In this document: piece after piece, positions 1 to 10,374 of the stretch
Layout: the number at the start of each line of letters is the position of its first letter
Position numbering within the stretch: position 1 is the stretch's first letter
Program-made: the position numbers and the translations under genes
Notes under the pieces: model-generated
Told to the model about the DNA's origin: nothing
Database searches by the model: none
The model's input: only the letters and a program-made list of their open reading frames with translations
From: Candidatus Methylomirabilota bacterium
GTDB lineage: Bacteria > Methylomirabilota > Methylomirabilia > Rokubacteriales > DASRDR01
Assembly: GCA_036257195.1 (NCBI GenBank)
Contig: DATAFX010000093.1
Span: 2,308 to 66,307, forward strand
Length of the DNA stretch: 64,000 nucleotides
Reading direction: 5' to 3'

Positions 1-1335
1 CTCGCGCTGGAAGTACCCTTCCTCGATCGCGCGGATCGTCCCGCCCATCTCGTCGACCTTGCCGAGAATGGCGAGGACCTCGGCCTCGATCCGGCCGGTC
101 AAAGCCTCCACGTAGTAGGAGCCACCGAGCGGGTCGATCACCTCGGGCACCCCGGTCTCCTCGGCGATGACCTGTTGGGTCCGGAGGGCGAGCTTCATCG
201 CCTCCTCCGACGGGATCGCGTAGGCCTCGTCGAGTCCGTTGGTGTGGAGCGACTGCGCCCCGCCCAGCACCGCCGAGAGCGCCTGGAACGCCGTCCGGAC
301 GACGTTGACCATCGGCTGCGCCTTGGTGAGCGTCGCCGCCGCCGTCTGGCAGTGGAAGCGGAGACGCATGGACTCCGGCCGCCGGGCACCGAACCGGTCG
401 CGCATGATCCGGGCCCAGATCCGCCGGGCGGCCCGGAACTTCGCCGTCTCCTCGAAGAAGTCGGCCTGGGCAATGAAGTAGAAGGCGAGGCGGGACGCGA
501 AGGCGTCGACCGGCACGCCCGCCCGCGTCACCTCCTCCACGTAGGCGATCCCGTTCGCCATCGTGAAGGCCACTTCCTGGACGGCGTTCGCCCCCGCCTC
601 GGAGATGTGGTAACCGCTGATGTTGACCGGGTTGTAGCGGGGCAGGTGCTCGGCGGCGAACACGATCATGTCGCGCATGAGCCGCATCGACGGCCGGATG
701 GGAAAGATCCACTCCTTTTGGGCGATGAACTCCTTCAGGATGTCGGCCTGGACCGTGCCGGACAGGCGACCGAGGTCGAGGCCCCGCGCCTCGGCGAGCG
801 CCACGTACATGGCGAGCAGGATCCACGCGGTCGGGTTGATGGTCATCGAGACGGAGATCCGCTCGAGGTCGATTCCATCGAAGAGGGCCGCGACGTCGTC
901 GAGCGTGTCGACGGCGACCCCCTCGCGACCGACCTCGCCGAGCGAGCGGGCGTCGTCCGAGTCGTATCCCATGAGGGTCGGCATGTCGAAGTCGACGGAG
1001 AGCCCCGTCTGCCCCTGGGCGATCAGGTAGCGGAAGCGCGCGTTGGTGTCCGCTCCGGTCCCGTAGCCGGCGATCTGGCGCATGGTCCAGAGGCGGCCGC
1101 GGTACATGGTGGGATAGGGGCCCCGCGTGAAGGGGTACTGCCCGGGGAGACCGATCTCCTCGTACGGGGTGGCGGCGACGTCCTCGGGCGTGTAGACTCG
1201 CTGCCGCGGCAGCCCCGAGGCGGTGCGGTACTCGGCCCGCGATTCGGGCTGGCGCTCGACGAACTGGCGCAGCTCGGTCGCCTCCCACTGCTCCCGGCTC
1301 TGGCGAATCCGCTCGATCGCCTCTCGGTCGTACAT
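1..1335 (-). CDS. B12-dependent acyl-CoA mutase, catalytic (large) subunit, methylmalonyl-/isobutyryl-CoA mutase family. Partial: the C-terminus lies beyond the window start.
   Basis: My own reverse-strand translation from ATG (CAT at 1333-1335) gives [25 protein letters not shown]...[26 protein letters not shown]...[13 protein letters not shown].... These are the classic mutase substrate-barrel motifs. The frame stays open to position 1. It is absent from the ORF track because it has no stop inside the window. Confidence 0.85.
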   Translation of the reverse strand, partial: MYDREAIERIRQSREQWEATELRQFVERQPESRAEYRTASGLPRQRVYTPEDVAATPYEEIGLPGQYPFTRGPYPTMYRGRLWTMRQIAGYGTGADTNARFRYLIAQGQTGLSVDFDMPTLMGYDSDDARSLGEVGREGVAVDTLDDVAALFDGIDLERISVSMTINPTAWILLAMYVALAEARGLDLGRLSGTVQADILKEFIAQKEWIFPIRPSMRLMRDMIVFAAEHLPRYNPVNISGYHISEAGANAVQEVAFTMANGIAYVEEVTRAGVPVDAFASRLAFYFIAQADFFEETAKFRAARRIWARIMRDRFGARRPESMRLRFHCQTAAATLTKAQPMVNVVRTAFQALSAVLGGAQSLHTNGLDEAYAIPSEEAMKLALRTQQVIAEETGVPEVIDPLGGSYYVEALTGRIEAEVLAILGKVDEMGGTIRAIEEGYFQRE

Positions 1336-1354
1336 CGGTGGGCTCCTCTCGCGA

Positions 1355-1888
1355 TCAGGCGAAGAGCGCGCCCTGTCGCGGACGGACCGGGCGGTCCGGC
1401 GCGTCAGCCCCGCGCCGCTCCAGCTCGAGCAGTGCGGTCTTGGCGGGGAGCCCGCCTCCATACCCGACCAGGCGTCCGTCGCTTCCGATGACCCGGTGGC
1501 ACGGGATCACGATCGACAGCGGGTTCTGGCCGTTCGCGGCGCCGACGGCCCGGACGGCCGAGGGGCGGCCTATCCGCCGGGCGACCTCACCGTACGACAC
1601 GGTCTCACCGTAGGGGATCTCCCGGAGCGCTTGCCAGACCTGCCGCTGGAAGGGCGTGCCTTCGGGGGCGAGGGGCAGATCGAAGCGGCGGAGGGCGCCG
1701 GCGAAGTACGCGTCCAGCTGACGGACGGCTTCCGCGAACGGCGCGTCGGATTCGATCCAGTCCGGGTCGGGCTCGAGGCGATCGCGACCGGACGGGAGCC
1801 AGATGGCGGTGAGGGCGTCGGCCGTTCCGACGAGCAAGAGCAGCCCCAGCGGACTCGGCACCCGCGTGTAGTACGTGGCCTCGCTCAT
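1355..1888 (-). CDS. ogt: Methylated-DNA--protein-cysteine methyltransferase (Ogt/MGMT)
   Basis: The C-terminal 177 aa of the listed 499-aa ORF begin at [21 protein letters not shown] and contain the active-site PCHRVIG motif plus the DNA-binding helix. ATG at 1886-1888 (reverse strand). The upstream part of the ORF is Arg-rich junk. Confidence 0.9.
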   Translation of the reverse strand: MSEATYYTRVPSPLGLLLLVGTADALTAIWLPSGRDRLEPDPDWIESDAPFAEAVRQLDAYFAGALRRFDLPLAPEGTPFQRQVWQALREIPYGETVSYGEVARRIGRPSAVRAVGAANGQNPLSIVIPCHRVIGSDGRLVGYGGGLPAKTALLELERRGADAPDRPVRPRQGALFA

Positions 1889-2016
1889 GGTGGCTCCTCC
1901 GCGAAGATTTCGGCCGGCGCCGGTCCGGTCGACGGACCGCGGGCCTCTTCCACTATGAACCCTCGAGGCCGGCGATGTGAAACGCCCGGGCCCGCGCCCA
2001 CCACCGTGACGGCGTC

Positions 2017-3528
2017 TCACCGCGCTCGCCGCCTCTCGTCGGACAGCGTCTCGCGGTAGAGGTCCCGGTCGTCGACCACGCGGCGCGCCTTGAATTCCGT
2101 GCGGGGCAAGGTGCCCTCGGGGACCAGGTCGACCACGGGGTGGATGCCGATCCGCGCGCGCAGCCGCTCCCGCATCGTGGCGCGCAGGGCGTCCCGCCGA
2201 TCGCCCGGCTCGTACTCCGTCGTGTACTCGGCGCGCACCAGGAGCTCGTCCATCGTCTCCCGGCGGGAGACGATGATGCGGAACTCGCCGCCGAAACCGG
2301 GGACGGCGCGAAGCGCATCCTCGATGGCGCTCGGGTAGACGTTCTCCCCCCGCACGACGAGCATGTCGTCGAAGCGGCCGTAGATCCCCGCCGGCAGGCG
2401 AGGATAGGTCCGGCCGCACGGGCAGGGCTCGTCGGTCCAGCGCGCGCGGTCGCCCGACACCAGCCGGATCATGGGCTGAGACGTGCGCTCGAGGTGCGTG
2501 TAGACGGGCGTGCCCTCGCTGCCGTAGGGGAGCGATCGATGCGTCGCCGGGTCGCACACCTGGGCGTACACGAGGTCTTGCCAGAGGTGCATGCCCGTCC
2601 GATGGCGGCACTCCCCATTGGTCATCCAGGGACTCATTTCCGCCATGCTCCCCATGTCGATGCAGATGCCGCCGAAGGTCCCCTCGATGAGGCGCTTCGT
2701 GGCAGGGATGCCGGCGCCGGGCTCGCCCGAGAAGAAGAGCGTGCGAAGCCCCAGGCTCCGGGGATCGACCCCTTCTCGCCGCGCGGTCTCGGCGAAGTGG
2801 AGCGCGTAGGAAGGTGTCCCGTAGAAGGCCGACGGCCGGATCTCGCGCGCCCACTGGACGGCCGCCAGCGTCTGGCCCTGGACCCCCGCCCCGAATGGGA
2901 ACATGGTCGCGCCCAGGCGCTCACCCCCGGCGAGGGCCCCCCACGAGCCCATGTAGAGGCTGAAGAAGGAGCAGATCAGCACGCGGTCGTTCGGGCGGAG
3001 CCCCATGGCCCACAGGATCCGGGCGTGCGCCTCCCCGATCCGCCGCCAGTCGTCGACGCCGACCCCGAACACCGTCGGCCGGCCCGTCGTGCCGCTGGTG
3101 CCGTGAATGCGGGCGACCGCCTCCGGGGCGATGCAGAGGTAGTCGCCGAAGGGCGGCTGCGCCGCCTGCGCCTGGCGAAGCTCTTCCTTGGTCACGACGG
3201 GAAACCGATCCAGGTCGGCGAGGCCCCCGAGCGCGTCGGGGGACACGCCGGCAGCTTCCCACTTCCGCCGGTAGAAGGCGCTGCGCTCCCACGCGTACCG
3301 GAGCTGTTCGCGGAGCTTCGCGAGGATGAGGGCGTCCCGCACCTCGGGGGCGGCGCACTCCACTTCGGGGAGCCAGTGCTCGGCATCGGGCGGCGGACGG
3401 TAGCCCGGGTCGTACCGCGGTGGCCAGATCGCGAGATCCACGCCGCGGTCGCGCCGGATCGCGTGGAGGTCCAGGCGGCTCATGAGCGCGCGACGGGGAG
3501 GAGGAAAGTGCCCCGTGCCCGGGCTCAC
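2017..3528 (-). CDS. Phenylacetate-CoA ligase (PaaK)-like / coenzyme F390 synthetase-family adenylate-forming enzyme
   Basis: 503-aa ORF with HGTSGTTGRPTVFGV (AMP-binding P-loop-like motif), the typical PaaK core and a C-terminal domain. A GTG at 3528 overlaps the stop of the upstream B12-subunit gene (GTGA). An alternative ATG at 3483 (MSRLDLH...) is possible. Confidence 0.8.
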   Translation of the reverse strand: MSPGTGHFPPPRRALMSRLDLHAIRRDRGVDLAIWPPRYDPGYRPPPDAEHWLPEVECAAPEVRDALILAKLREQLRYAWERSAFYRRKWEAAGVSPDALGGLADLDRFPVVTKEELRQAQAAQPPFGDYLCIAPEAVARIHGTSGTTGRPTVFGVGVDDWRRIGEAHARILWAMGLRPNDRVLICSFFSLYMGSWGALAGGERLGATMFPFGAGVQGQTLAAVQWAREIRPSAFYGTPSYALHFAETARREGVDPRSLGLRTLFFSGEPGAGIPATKRLIEGTFGGICIDMGSMAEMSPWMTNGECRHRTGMHLWQDLVYAQVCDPATHRSLPYGSEGTPVYTHLERTSQPMIRLVSGDRARWTDEPCPCGRTYPRLPAGIYGRFDDMLVVRGENVYPSAIEDALRAVPGFGGEFRIIVSRRETMDELLVRAEYTTEYEPGDRRDALRATMRERLRARIGIHPVVDLVPEGTLPRTEFKARRVVDDRDLYRETLSDERRRAR

Positions 3529-3929
3529 CGCGCCCGGGAGGTTTCCACCAGCTCGCGGACCCTGGCGACCAGGGCCGCGGGCGGCGTTTCCTGGAGAAAG
3601 ACCTCGGCCACGCCGGAGTCGCGGAGCGCGGGGACGTCCTCGTCCGGGATGACACCGCCGGCGACGACCAGCACGTCCGACGCGTCGGCGGCCCGGAGCA
3701 GCTCGAGGATCCGGGGCAGGAGCGTCATGTGAGCGCCCGAGAGGATGCTGACACCGAGCACGTCCACGTCCTCCTGGACCGCGGCGGCGACGACTTCCTC
3801 CGGCGTCCGATGAAGGCCGGTGTAGATGACGTCCATGCCGCCATCACGGAGGGCCCGGGCGACGACTTTGGCGCCCCGGTCGTGGCCGTCGAGACCGACC
3901 TTGGCGATCAGGATCCGGATCGACGTCAC
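3525..3929 (-). CDS. Cobalamin (B12)-binding small subunit of the split acyl-CoA mutase (IcmB/MCM C-terminal-domain-like)
   Basis: 134 aa: MTSIRILIAKVGLDGHDRGAKVVARALRDGGMDVIYTGLHRTPEEVV...GVSILSGAH.... This is the canonical DxHxxG B12-binding Rossmann motif, and the size matches stand-alone B12 subunits. Confidence 0.9.
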   Translation of the reverse strand: MTSIRILIAKVGLDGHDRGAKVVARALRDGGMDVIYTGLHRTPEEVVAAAVQEDVDVLGVSILSGAHMTLLPRILELLRAADASDVLVVAGGVIPDEDVPALRDSGVAEVFLQETPPAALVARVRELVETSRAR

Positions 3930-4058
3930 GCTGGCCGATTCCTCCGGCTCGAGGGGGATTCAAGCGGCTTCCAGGATAGGCCGAAGGCAAAGACGCGTCC
4001 AGGCTGACGAGTCACGCCGGCGTCTCGCCGCGCATCGCCGTTTGGGCGGCGGTCGGGC

Positions 4059-4745
4059 TCAGCGCGCCGCCCGAGCCCGGGCGAGTCGCCCGAGCATCCA
4101 GACGTGGGTCACGATGATGATCGGGACGACGAACGTCAGGAGGAGGGAGAGCGGGAGCTGGAGCAGCGCCCGCATCGACTCGGGGTCACCGAAGGCGAGG
4201 CGGGCCGCGGTCAGCACCACCGCCAGGATGTCGAGCAGGCCGACGACGTTCCAGACGAGGTACGCCCGACGGCCGCCCGGTCGGTCGGGCCGGACGAGCA
4301 TGACCAGGAGCAGGCCCGTGGCGGCCACGACGTTGTCTCCCCAGCCCCCCGGCACGGCGAAGGCCCAGGGCAGCTCACCCCGGGCATGGAGGACGAGGAA
4401 GTAGAAGCCCACGAAACGCGTGAGGTGGAAGAGCACCAGCGCGCGCAGGTCCACGGTCCAAACGAAGCGCCGGAGCGTCGGCCAGGCCAGGGGAGCCACG
4501 AGCAAGGCGAGGGTCACCCCGACGAGGACCAGTTGCGGCGCCGGCGGTCGGAGGGTCGTCAGCCGGCCGGATGCCCCGATCAGCCAGGCCGCCCCGAGCC
4601 ACGCGCCGGCGGCGCTCAGAACGGCGCGCGTGCCGCGTGGCCCCCACGGTGCGATCGATCCGACTCGGTCGCCGTCGCGGGGTCCCACATCCGTCGTATA
4701 CCACGCGCGGTCGGCCACCGACCACGGACTCGTCCGATCGCCCAT
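4059..4745 (-). CDS. Hypothetical polytopic membrane protein
   Basis: The C-terminal 228 aa of the 303-aa ORF, starting at MGDRTSPW (CAT at 4743-4745), have 5-6 hydrophobic helices (LVLVGVTLALLVAPLAW..., FVGFYFLVL..., LLLTFVVPIIIVTHVWMLG). The N-terminal 75 aa of the ORF are Arg/Ser-rich and not credible. The start is uncertain; it overlaps the divergent CoA-transferase start. Confidence 0.5.
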   Translation of the reverse strand: MGDRTSPWSVADRAWYTTDVGPRDGDRVGSIAPWGPRGTRAVLSAAGAWLGAAWLIGASGRLTTLRPPAPQLVLVGVTLALLVAPLAWPTLRRFVWTVDLRALVLFHLTRFVGFYFLVLHARGELPWAFAVPGGWGDNVVAATGLLLVMLVRPDRPGGRRAYLVWNVVGLLDILAVVLTAARLAFGDPESMRALLQLPLSLLLTFVVPIIIVTHVWMLGRLARARAAR

Positions 4746-6045
4746 GCCCTTGCGGTGGAACCGCCGGTTCCCTATCGTAGCCCCTGTGTCGAGCCCGGGC
4801 TTCCTGCGGGGCGTGACGGTTCTCGACTTCACGCGCGTGCTCGCCGGTCCGTATTGCACGAGGCTCCTCGCCGACCTCGGCGCCCGCGTGATCAAGGTCG
4901 AGCGGCCGCGGGGTGACGACACGCGGGCGGGACCCCGCCAGCTGGATCCGGATCGGACGGACCAAAGCACCTATTTCGTCCGCGTCAATGCCGGCAAGCA
5001 GTCCGTCGCGCTCGACCTCGAGCATCCCGCCGGCCGCGCCGTTGCGTTGGACCTCGTCCGGGTGGCCGACGTTCTCGTCGAGAACTTCCGGCCCGGCGTC
5101 ATGACCCGGCTCGGGCTCGACTACGAGGCGGCCGCCGTCGTCCGGCCGGATCTCGTCTACTGCTCCATCTCGGGCTACGGGCAGACCGGCCCGTGGCGCG
5201 ACCGTCCGGCGTTCGCTCACGTTGTGCACGCGACCTCGGGCCTGATGCATCTCGAGCGGGGCGCGGACGAGCCCCCCCGGGTCCTGTATCTCCAGGCCGC
5301 CGACGTGCTCGCCGGCGTCCACGCGTTCGGAGCCATCGCGGCGGCACTGCTCCGCCGTGCCCACAGCGGTCGGGGCGCGCACCTCGACGTGTCGATGCTG
5401 GAGGCGCTGATCGGTGCGGAGGACATCAGCTTCGGCAGCGCCCTCAACGACGGACCGTCGTATCCGGGTCCCCGCAGCGGGATGATGGTCGAGCAGGTCG
5501 GCGACGGATGGGTGGCGTGTCAGGTCGTCGGCGTGCTCGACCTCTGGCCGCGGCTTCTCGAGCTCCTCGAGCGCCCCGAGCTCGAGGCCGATCCCCGCTT
5601 CGCGACGCCGGTCGGTCGTCGGGAGCACTGGGCCGAGCTCCGTGCCATCATCTCGACGTGGCTCGGGCGCTTCAGCTCGGTCACGGAGGCCCTGGCCGCC
5701 CTCGGCGCGGCCCGGATTCCGTGCGCGCCCGTGCTCTGGCCGGACGAGGTGGTTGCGGCGCCCCACCTCGAGGCGCGCCGGGCGTTCCCCTCGGTGCCCC
5801 ACCCGACGCACGGCGCCATACGGGTGACCGCGTCGCCGCTGCACGTGGACGGCGAGCCGGTCGCGCCCGCCGGGCCCGCGCCGTATCGGCCGGGGGAGAA
5901 CACGCGGGACGTGCTCGCCGACGTGCTGGGCTATCGTCCCGACTGGATCGCGGAGCTCGCGCGCCAGGGCGCGGTGGCGGGCCCTAGCCTGTCCACGCCC
6001 GGCTCGCCGGGTGACCCCCTGGCCGGCACCCCGCGCGGCGAGTAG
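4744..6045 (+). CDS. CoA-transferase family III (CaiB/BaiF-like)
   Basis: MPLRWNRRFPIVAPVSSPGFLRGVTVLDFTRVLAGPYCTRLLADLGARVIKVERP... is the signature N-terminus of family III CoA transferases, and the protein has full-length similarity. The long Arg-rich N-terminal extension in the ORF track is rejected. The start is ATG 4744 or a nearby GTG. Confidence 0.85.
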   Translation: MPLRWNRRFPIVAPVSSPGFLRGVTVLDFTRVLAGPYCTRLLADLGARVIKVERPRGDDTRAGPRQLDPDRTDQSTYFVRVNAGKQSVALDLEHPAGRAVALDLVRVADVLVENFRPGVMTRLGLDYEAAAVVRPDLVYCSISGYGQTGPWRDRPAFAHVVHATSGLMHLERGADEPPRVLYLQAADVLAGVHAFGAIAAALLRRAHSGRGAHLDVSMLEALIGAEDISFGSALNDGPSYPGPRSGMMVEQVGDGWVACQVVGVLDLWPRLLELLERPELEADPRFATPVGRREHWAELRAIISTWLGRFSSVTEALAALGAARIPCAPVLWPDEVVAAPHLEARRAFPSVPHPTHGAIRVTASPLHVDGEPVAPAGPAPYRPGENTRDVLADVLGYRPDWIAELARQGAVAGPSLSTPGSPGDPLAGTPRGE

Positions 6046-6113
6046 AATCGGCCCGGCGCGGGCACAGACCGCGCGACGTTTCACGCGACCATGAGCCCGA
6101 AGGGGGGCGACCG

Positions 6114-6653
6114 ATGGCAAGCCTGACGGGGCGGATGCTCGGCGCGGCCAAGCTGGACGCCGCGACGTACGAGGAGGTCGAGAACGACCCTGGGGCAACC
6201 CCTCAGGCCATGCTGGTCGTCGTGATCGCGAACCTGGCGGCGGGCGTCGCGGTGGTGCGGGAGCTGGGGATCGTCGGCCTGCTGGTGGCCTCCCTGATCT
6301 CGCTCATCGGGTGGTACGCGTGGGCGTTCGTCACCTACTTCGTCGGCACCCGGTTTCTCCCCGGCGCCAAGACCCAGGCGGACGTCGGGCAGCTCCTCCG
6401 GACCATCGGCTTCTCGGCCGCGCCGGGTCTGATCCGCGTGCTCGGCGTCATCCCGGTCTTGGACAAACCGATCACGTGGATCGCTTCCGTGTGGATGCTG
6501 GTGGCCATGGTCGTGGCCGTCCGCCAGGCGCTCGACTACGAGTCGACCGGCCGCGCGGTCGCCGTCTGCGTGATCGGGATCGTCGTCAATTTCGTGGTGC
6601 TCTACGTGCTGGCGAAGCTCCTGGGCGCCGACGTCGGGATGTTCGGACCCTGA
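6114..6653 (+). CDS. Yip1-domain membrane protein
   Basis: 179 aa with a short cytosolic N-terminus (MASLTGRMLGAAKLDAATYEEVENDPG) followed by 4-5 TM helices. This matches Yip1/DUF1282 topology. Confidence 0.75.
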   Translation: MASLTGRMLGAAKLDAATYEEVENDPGATPQAMLVVVIANLAAGVAVVRELGIVGLLVASLISLIGWYAWAFVTYFVGTRFLPGAKTQADVGQLLRTIGFSAAPGLIRVLGVIPVLDKPITWIASVWMLVAMVVAVRQALDYESTGRAVAVCVIGIVVNFVVLYVLAKLLGADVGMFGP

Positions 6654-6702
6654 CGACCGCCCGCGCCCGGGGGTCGACGCTCTCACGAGAAGGAGAAGGA
6701 CC

Positions 6703-8139
6703 GTGTCGGTTCATGGGAACCTGATAGCCGGAGAGTGGGTCACGGGCCCCGACGTCAACCGCGACGTCAACCCGTCCAACGTGCAGGAGGTCGTCGGCGA
6801 GTACGCGCGGGCGGACGCGGCCCAGGCGCAGGCGGCCATCGCCGCCGCCCGGGCGGCGTTCCCCGCCTGGGCGCGGGGCAACCGGCAGGAGCGCGCCGAC
6901 CTTCTCGACCGCGCGGGAGACGAGATACTCCGCCGGGCCGAGGAACTCGGCACGCTGCTCTCGCGGGAAGAGGGCAAGACGCTCCCGGAGGGCATCGGGG
7001 AGGCCAAGCGCGCGGGCTACATCTTCAAGTTCTTTGCAGGCGAGGTCGTGCGGCAGGACGGTGAACTCATGGACTCCGTGCGCCCCGGGGTGTCGGTGGA
7101 GATCACCCGCGAGCCGATCGGCGTCGTCGGCATCATCACGCCCTGGAACTTCCCGCTCGCGATCCCGGCGTGGAAAATTGCACCGGCCTTGGCGCACGGC
7201 AACTGCGTCGTCTTCAAGCCCGCGGACCTGGTACCAGGCTGCGCGTGGGCGCTGGCCGACATCCTCGGGCGGGCGGGCGTGCCGTCCGGGGTCTTCAATC
7301 TCGTGATGGGGCGCGGGTCGGCGGTGGGGGAGGCCCTGATCGGCTCGACCGACGTCGACGGGATCAGCTTCACGGGCTCGATCGAGACGGGACGGGCCAT
7401 CGCGAAGAAAGTGGTCGCCCGCATGGGGAAGATCCAGCTCGAGATGGGAGGGAAGAACCCGTTGGTCGTCCTCGACGACGCCGACCTGGCCGTGGCCGTG
7501 AACTGTGCCGTCCAGGGCGCCTACTACTCGACCGGCCAGCGCTGCACGGCATCGAGCCGGCTGATCGTCACCGAGGGCATCCACGACCGCTTCGTACGGA
7601 TGATGGTGGAGCGGCTGGAGAAGCTGGTCGTCGACGACGCGCTCCGCAAGGGAACCGACATCGGCCCCGTGGTGGACCAGGGTCAGTTGGAACAGGACCT
7701 CGCCTACCTCGAGCTCGGGCGCCGAGAGGGGGCGCGGCTCGCGTGGGGGGGCGACCGGCTCCGGCGCGATCGCGAGGGCTACTACCTGGCGCCTGCACTC
7801 TTCACCGACACCACGAACGCCATGCGAATCAACCGAGAAGAGATCTTCGGGCCCGTCGCGACTGTCATCCGCGCGCGGGACTACGACGAGGCCCTCGTCC
7901 TGGCCAACGACACGCCGTTCGGGCTCTCGTCGGGTATCGTAACCACCTCGCTTCGGCACGCGAGCCACTTCAAACGGAACTCCCAGGCGGGGATGGTCAT
8001 GGTGAACCTGCCGACCGCCGGCGTCGACTACCACGTGCCGTTCGGGGGGCGAAAGGCCTCGAGCTACGGCCCCCGCGAGCAGGGGGCGTACGCACGGGAG
8101 TTCTACACGACGGTTAAGACGAGCTACACGGCTCCCTAG
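6703..8139 (+). CDS. NAD(P)+-dependent aldehyde dehydrogenase
   Basis: 478 aa with the ALDH motifs [20 protein letters not shown] and QRCTA (catalytic Cys), and EIFGPV. GTG start preceded by GAAGGAGAAGGA. Confidence 0.9.
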   Translation: MSVHGNLIAGEWVTGPDVNRDVNPSNVQEVVGEYARADAAQAQAAIAAARAAFPAWARGNRQERADLLDRAGDEILRRAEELGTLLSREEGKTLPEGIGEAKRAGYIFKFFAGEVVRQDGELMDSVRPGVSVEITREPIGVVGIITPWNFPLAIPAWKIAPALAHGNCVVFKPADLVPGCAWALADILGRAGVPSGVFNLVMGRGSAVGEALIGSTDVDGISFTGSIETGRAIAKKVVARMGKIQLEMGGKNPLVVLDDADLAVAVNCAVQGAYYSTGQRCTASSRLIVTEGIHDRFVRMMVERLEKLVVDDALRKGTDIGPVVDQGQLEQDLAYLELGRREGARLAWGGDRLRRDREGYYLAPALFTDTTNAMRINREEIFGPVATVIRARDYDEALVLANDTPFGLSSGIVTTSLRHASHFKRNSQAGMVMVNLPTAGVDYHVPFGGRKASSYGPREQGAYAREFYTTVKTSYTAP

Positions 8140-8903
8140 CGGGGGGCCATCCGGATGGCGCCGTCCAGGCGGATGGTCTCGCCGTTCAGCATGGGGTTCT
8201 CCACGATGTGGCACACCAGCGCGGCGTACTCCGCCGGGCGGCCGAGCCGGCTCGGGAAGGGGACCTGCCGGGCGAGGGACTGACGGGCGGGCTCGGGGAG
8301 CATCCCCATGAGCGGGGTGTCGAACAGGCCGGGAGCAATCGTGCAGACGCGGATGCCCACCTCGGCCAGATCCCGCGCGATCGGGAGCGTCATCCCGACG
8401 ATCCCGCCCTTCGAGGCCGAGTAGGCCGCCTGGCCGATCTGACCGTCGAAGGCCGCCACCGACGCCGTGTTGACGATCACGCCCCGCTCGCCGTCCTCGC
8501 CCGGTGCGTTCTGCGCCATCCGCGCCGCCACGAGCCGGATGCAGTTGAAGGTGCCGATAAGGTTCACCTGGATGACGAAAGTGAAGGACCCGAGGTCGTG
8601 CGGGCCGCGCTTGCCGTGCGTCTTCTCGGCGATGGCAACCCCCGCGCAGTTGACGAGTCCGTGGATCGGCCCGAAGCGCCCGGCCGCCACATCGACCGCG
8701 GCGCCCACGTTGTCGGCGTTCGTCACGTCACAGGGCGTGAACAGGGCGTGCGGGCCCAGTTCGGCGGCCACCTGGACGCCAGCCGACCGCTCGAGATCCA
8801 GGATGGCCACGCGTCCGCCGTGGCTCAGGAGCCGCTCGACGGTGGCCCGACCGAGTCCGGATGCGCCACCCGTCACCAGGAACGTTGAGCCGTCGATCTT
8901 CAT
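8136..8903 (-). CDS. Short-chain dehydrogenase/reductase, 3-hydroxyacyl-CoA dehydrogenase type-2 (HSD17B10)-like
   Basis: 255 aa from [26 protein letters not shown].... It has the TGxxxGxG Rossmann motif, a YSASK catalytic motif and NTAS. The upstream 75 aa of the ORF are junk. Confidence 0.9.
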   Translation of the reverse strand: MKIDGSTFLVTGGASGLGRATVERLLSHGGRVAILDLERSAGVQVAAELGPHALFTPCDVTNADNVGAAVDVAAGRFGPIHGLVNCAGVAIAEKTHGKRGPHDLGSFTFVIQVNLIGTFNCIRLVAARMAQNAPGEDGERGVIVNTASVAAFDGQIGQAAYSASKGGIVGMTLPIARDLAEVGIRVCTIAPGLFDTPLMGMLPEPARQSLARQVPFPSRLGRPAEYAALVCHIVENPMLNGETIRLDGAIRMAPR

Positions 8904-9094
8904 GCGATGGGTCCTCGGCAGGGCTCGACCAGCCCGATCGTGTTGGATGTCGAAACGCCGCGAGGACGCTAGCATGCCCCTCGCGCGGGGGTCAAGGCGC
9001 GGCGGCCCGCGAGAGGGCCGGGTGCCCGCGTTATCCAACCCGCTCCCGACCATGCCCCCGCTCCCGGCGCTTCCGGACTGACCGGACCCTCGCC

Positions 9095-10297
9095 ATGTCC
9101 TGGCAGGCCTACCACACCGTGTGGGCACTCCTGATCTTCGGCTGGATCTGCAACTACGTCGTCCGCATGGCTTTCTCTCCCTTACTTGAGCCCGTCATGG
9201 CGGAGTTCGGCCTGAATCACGCCGAGGGGGGCTTTCTCTTCTCCGTGTTCTTCTACGGATACGTGGCGATGCAAGTGCCGGCGGGATTCCTCGGCGACCG
9301 CTTCGGGCGGAAGCGCGTGCTGGTCTTTGGCATCGTCCTGGTCGCGGGAGCCGCCCTGGTCACGGGTCTGTCCCGCACGCTGGCCGTCCTGGGCCTCGCG
9401 CGTCTCGTGACCGGTCTCGCCCAGGGCCTGTACTTTGCCAACGACCGGCCCATCATCGCGGCCGCGACCCCGCCCGACCGGCTCGCGGTCGGGCAGGGCG
9501 TGTCGTTCTCGGGACTGGGCATCGGTACGGCGCTCGGGGTCCTGGTGGGCGGGGCGCTCGGGGAGCTCATGTCCTGGCGACACGCCTTCCTCGTCCTGGC
9601 GGTCCTGCCGCTCCTGTCCGCGACTCTGATCGGTCGCTTGGTGCCCGACCCCGGCGGCGCGTCCCCGGCTCGCGCGTCCAGCGAGGAGATCGCCAACGTG
9701 TTCCGGCTGCGGGACCTCTGGCTCCTCGCGACCGCCGGCATCGCCCCGATCTGGACGCAGTGGCTCGTCGGGGCCTGGGGACCGGCCTTGTTCGCCGAGG
9801 TCGGGGTGCAGGAGCTGGGACGCTCCGCCGTCTACGCGAGCGTGCTCGGCATCGCCGCGCCGCCCGGTCTCCTGGCCGTGGGCACTCTCTCCGACCGCCT
9901 GCTGCGGCGCGGGATCCCCCGCCGCACAGTCGTCGCCGGCATGATTGCCGCGACCGCGATGCTGATCGCAGCCGTCGGCGTGGTCGTGCAGGCGCGCGGC
10001 CCCGTCTGGGTCCTCGCTCTCGTCGTCTTCGCGTGCAGCTTCTGTTTCTGGGGGACGTGGGCGCCCGCCTACGCGCTCACCGCGGAGCTCGCCCCGCGCC
10101 GGGCGATGGGGATCGCCTTCGGTGTGCTGAATGGCGTCGCGTTCATCGGCGCCCTGGTCGCGCCGTATGTGACGGGCTGGATCAAGGACTGGTCCGGTTC
10201 CTTCGCCGGGGGCTGCTACCTATCGGCCGTCGTGTGCGTCGTGGCCGTCCCGGTGGCGCTCGCCGTGGGTTCGCCGCGCCCGACGGGGTGGCACTGA
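9095..10297 (+). CDS. MFS transporter
   Basis: 400 aa from [17 protein letters not shown]... with 12 predicted TM helices and a [12 protein letters not shown] signature loop. Upstream ORF sequence is rejected. Confidence 0.85.
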   Translation: MSWQAYHTVWALLIFGWICNYVVRMAFSPLLEPVMAEFGLNHAEGGFLFSVFFYGYVAMQVPAGFLGDRFGRKRVLVFGIVLVAGAALVTGLSRTLAVLGLARLVTGLAQGLYFANDRPIIAAATPPDRLAVGQGVSFSGLGIGTALGVLVGGALGELMSWRHAFLVLAVLPLLSATLIGRLVPDPGGASPARASSEEIANVFRLRDLWLLATAGIAPIWTQWLVGAWGPALFAEVGVQELGRSAVYASVLGIAAPPGLLAVGTLSDRLLRRGIPRRTVVAGMIAATAMLIAAVGVVVQARGPVWVLALVVFACSFCFWGTWAPAYALTAELAPRRAMGIAFGVLNGVAFIGALVAPYVTGWIKDWSGSFAGGCYLSAVVCVVAVPVALAVGSPRPTGWH

Positions 10298-10374
10298 CGC
10301 GGCGTTCGCGACGCTCCCCGAGCCGGATCCGACGGACCGGGGACGACCGCACCCCCACTGTATATACTGACGTC

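Noticed and set aside
175-1491. 438-aa + strand ORF ([17 protein letters not shown]...)
   Set aside because: It is an Arg/Gly/Asp-rich low-complexity product antisense to the well-supported acyl-CoA mutase gene. Shadow ORFs like this are typical of 70 % GC DNA.
2140-3732. 530-aa + strand ORF
   Set aside because: It is antisense to the PaaK-like ligase and the B12 subunit, with Arg/Pro/Gly-rich composition and no motifs.
4375-6198. 607-aa minus-strand ORF
   Set aside because: It is antisense to the CoA-transferase, has RPRR-type low complexity and no recognisable domain.
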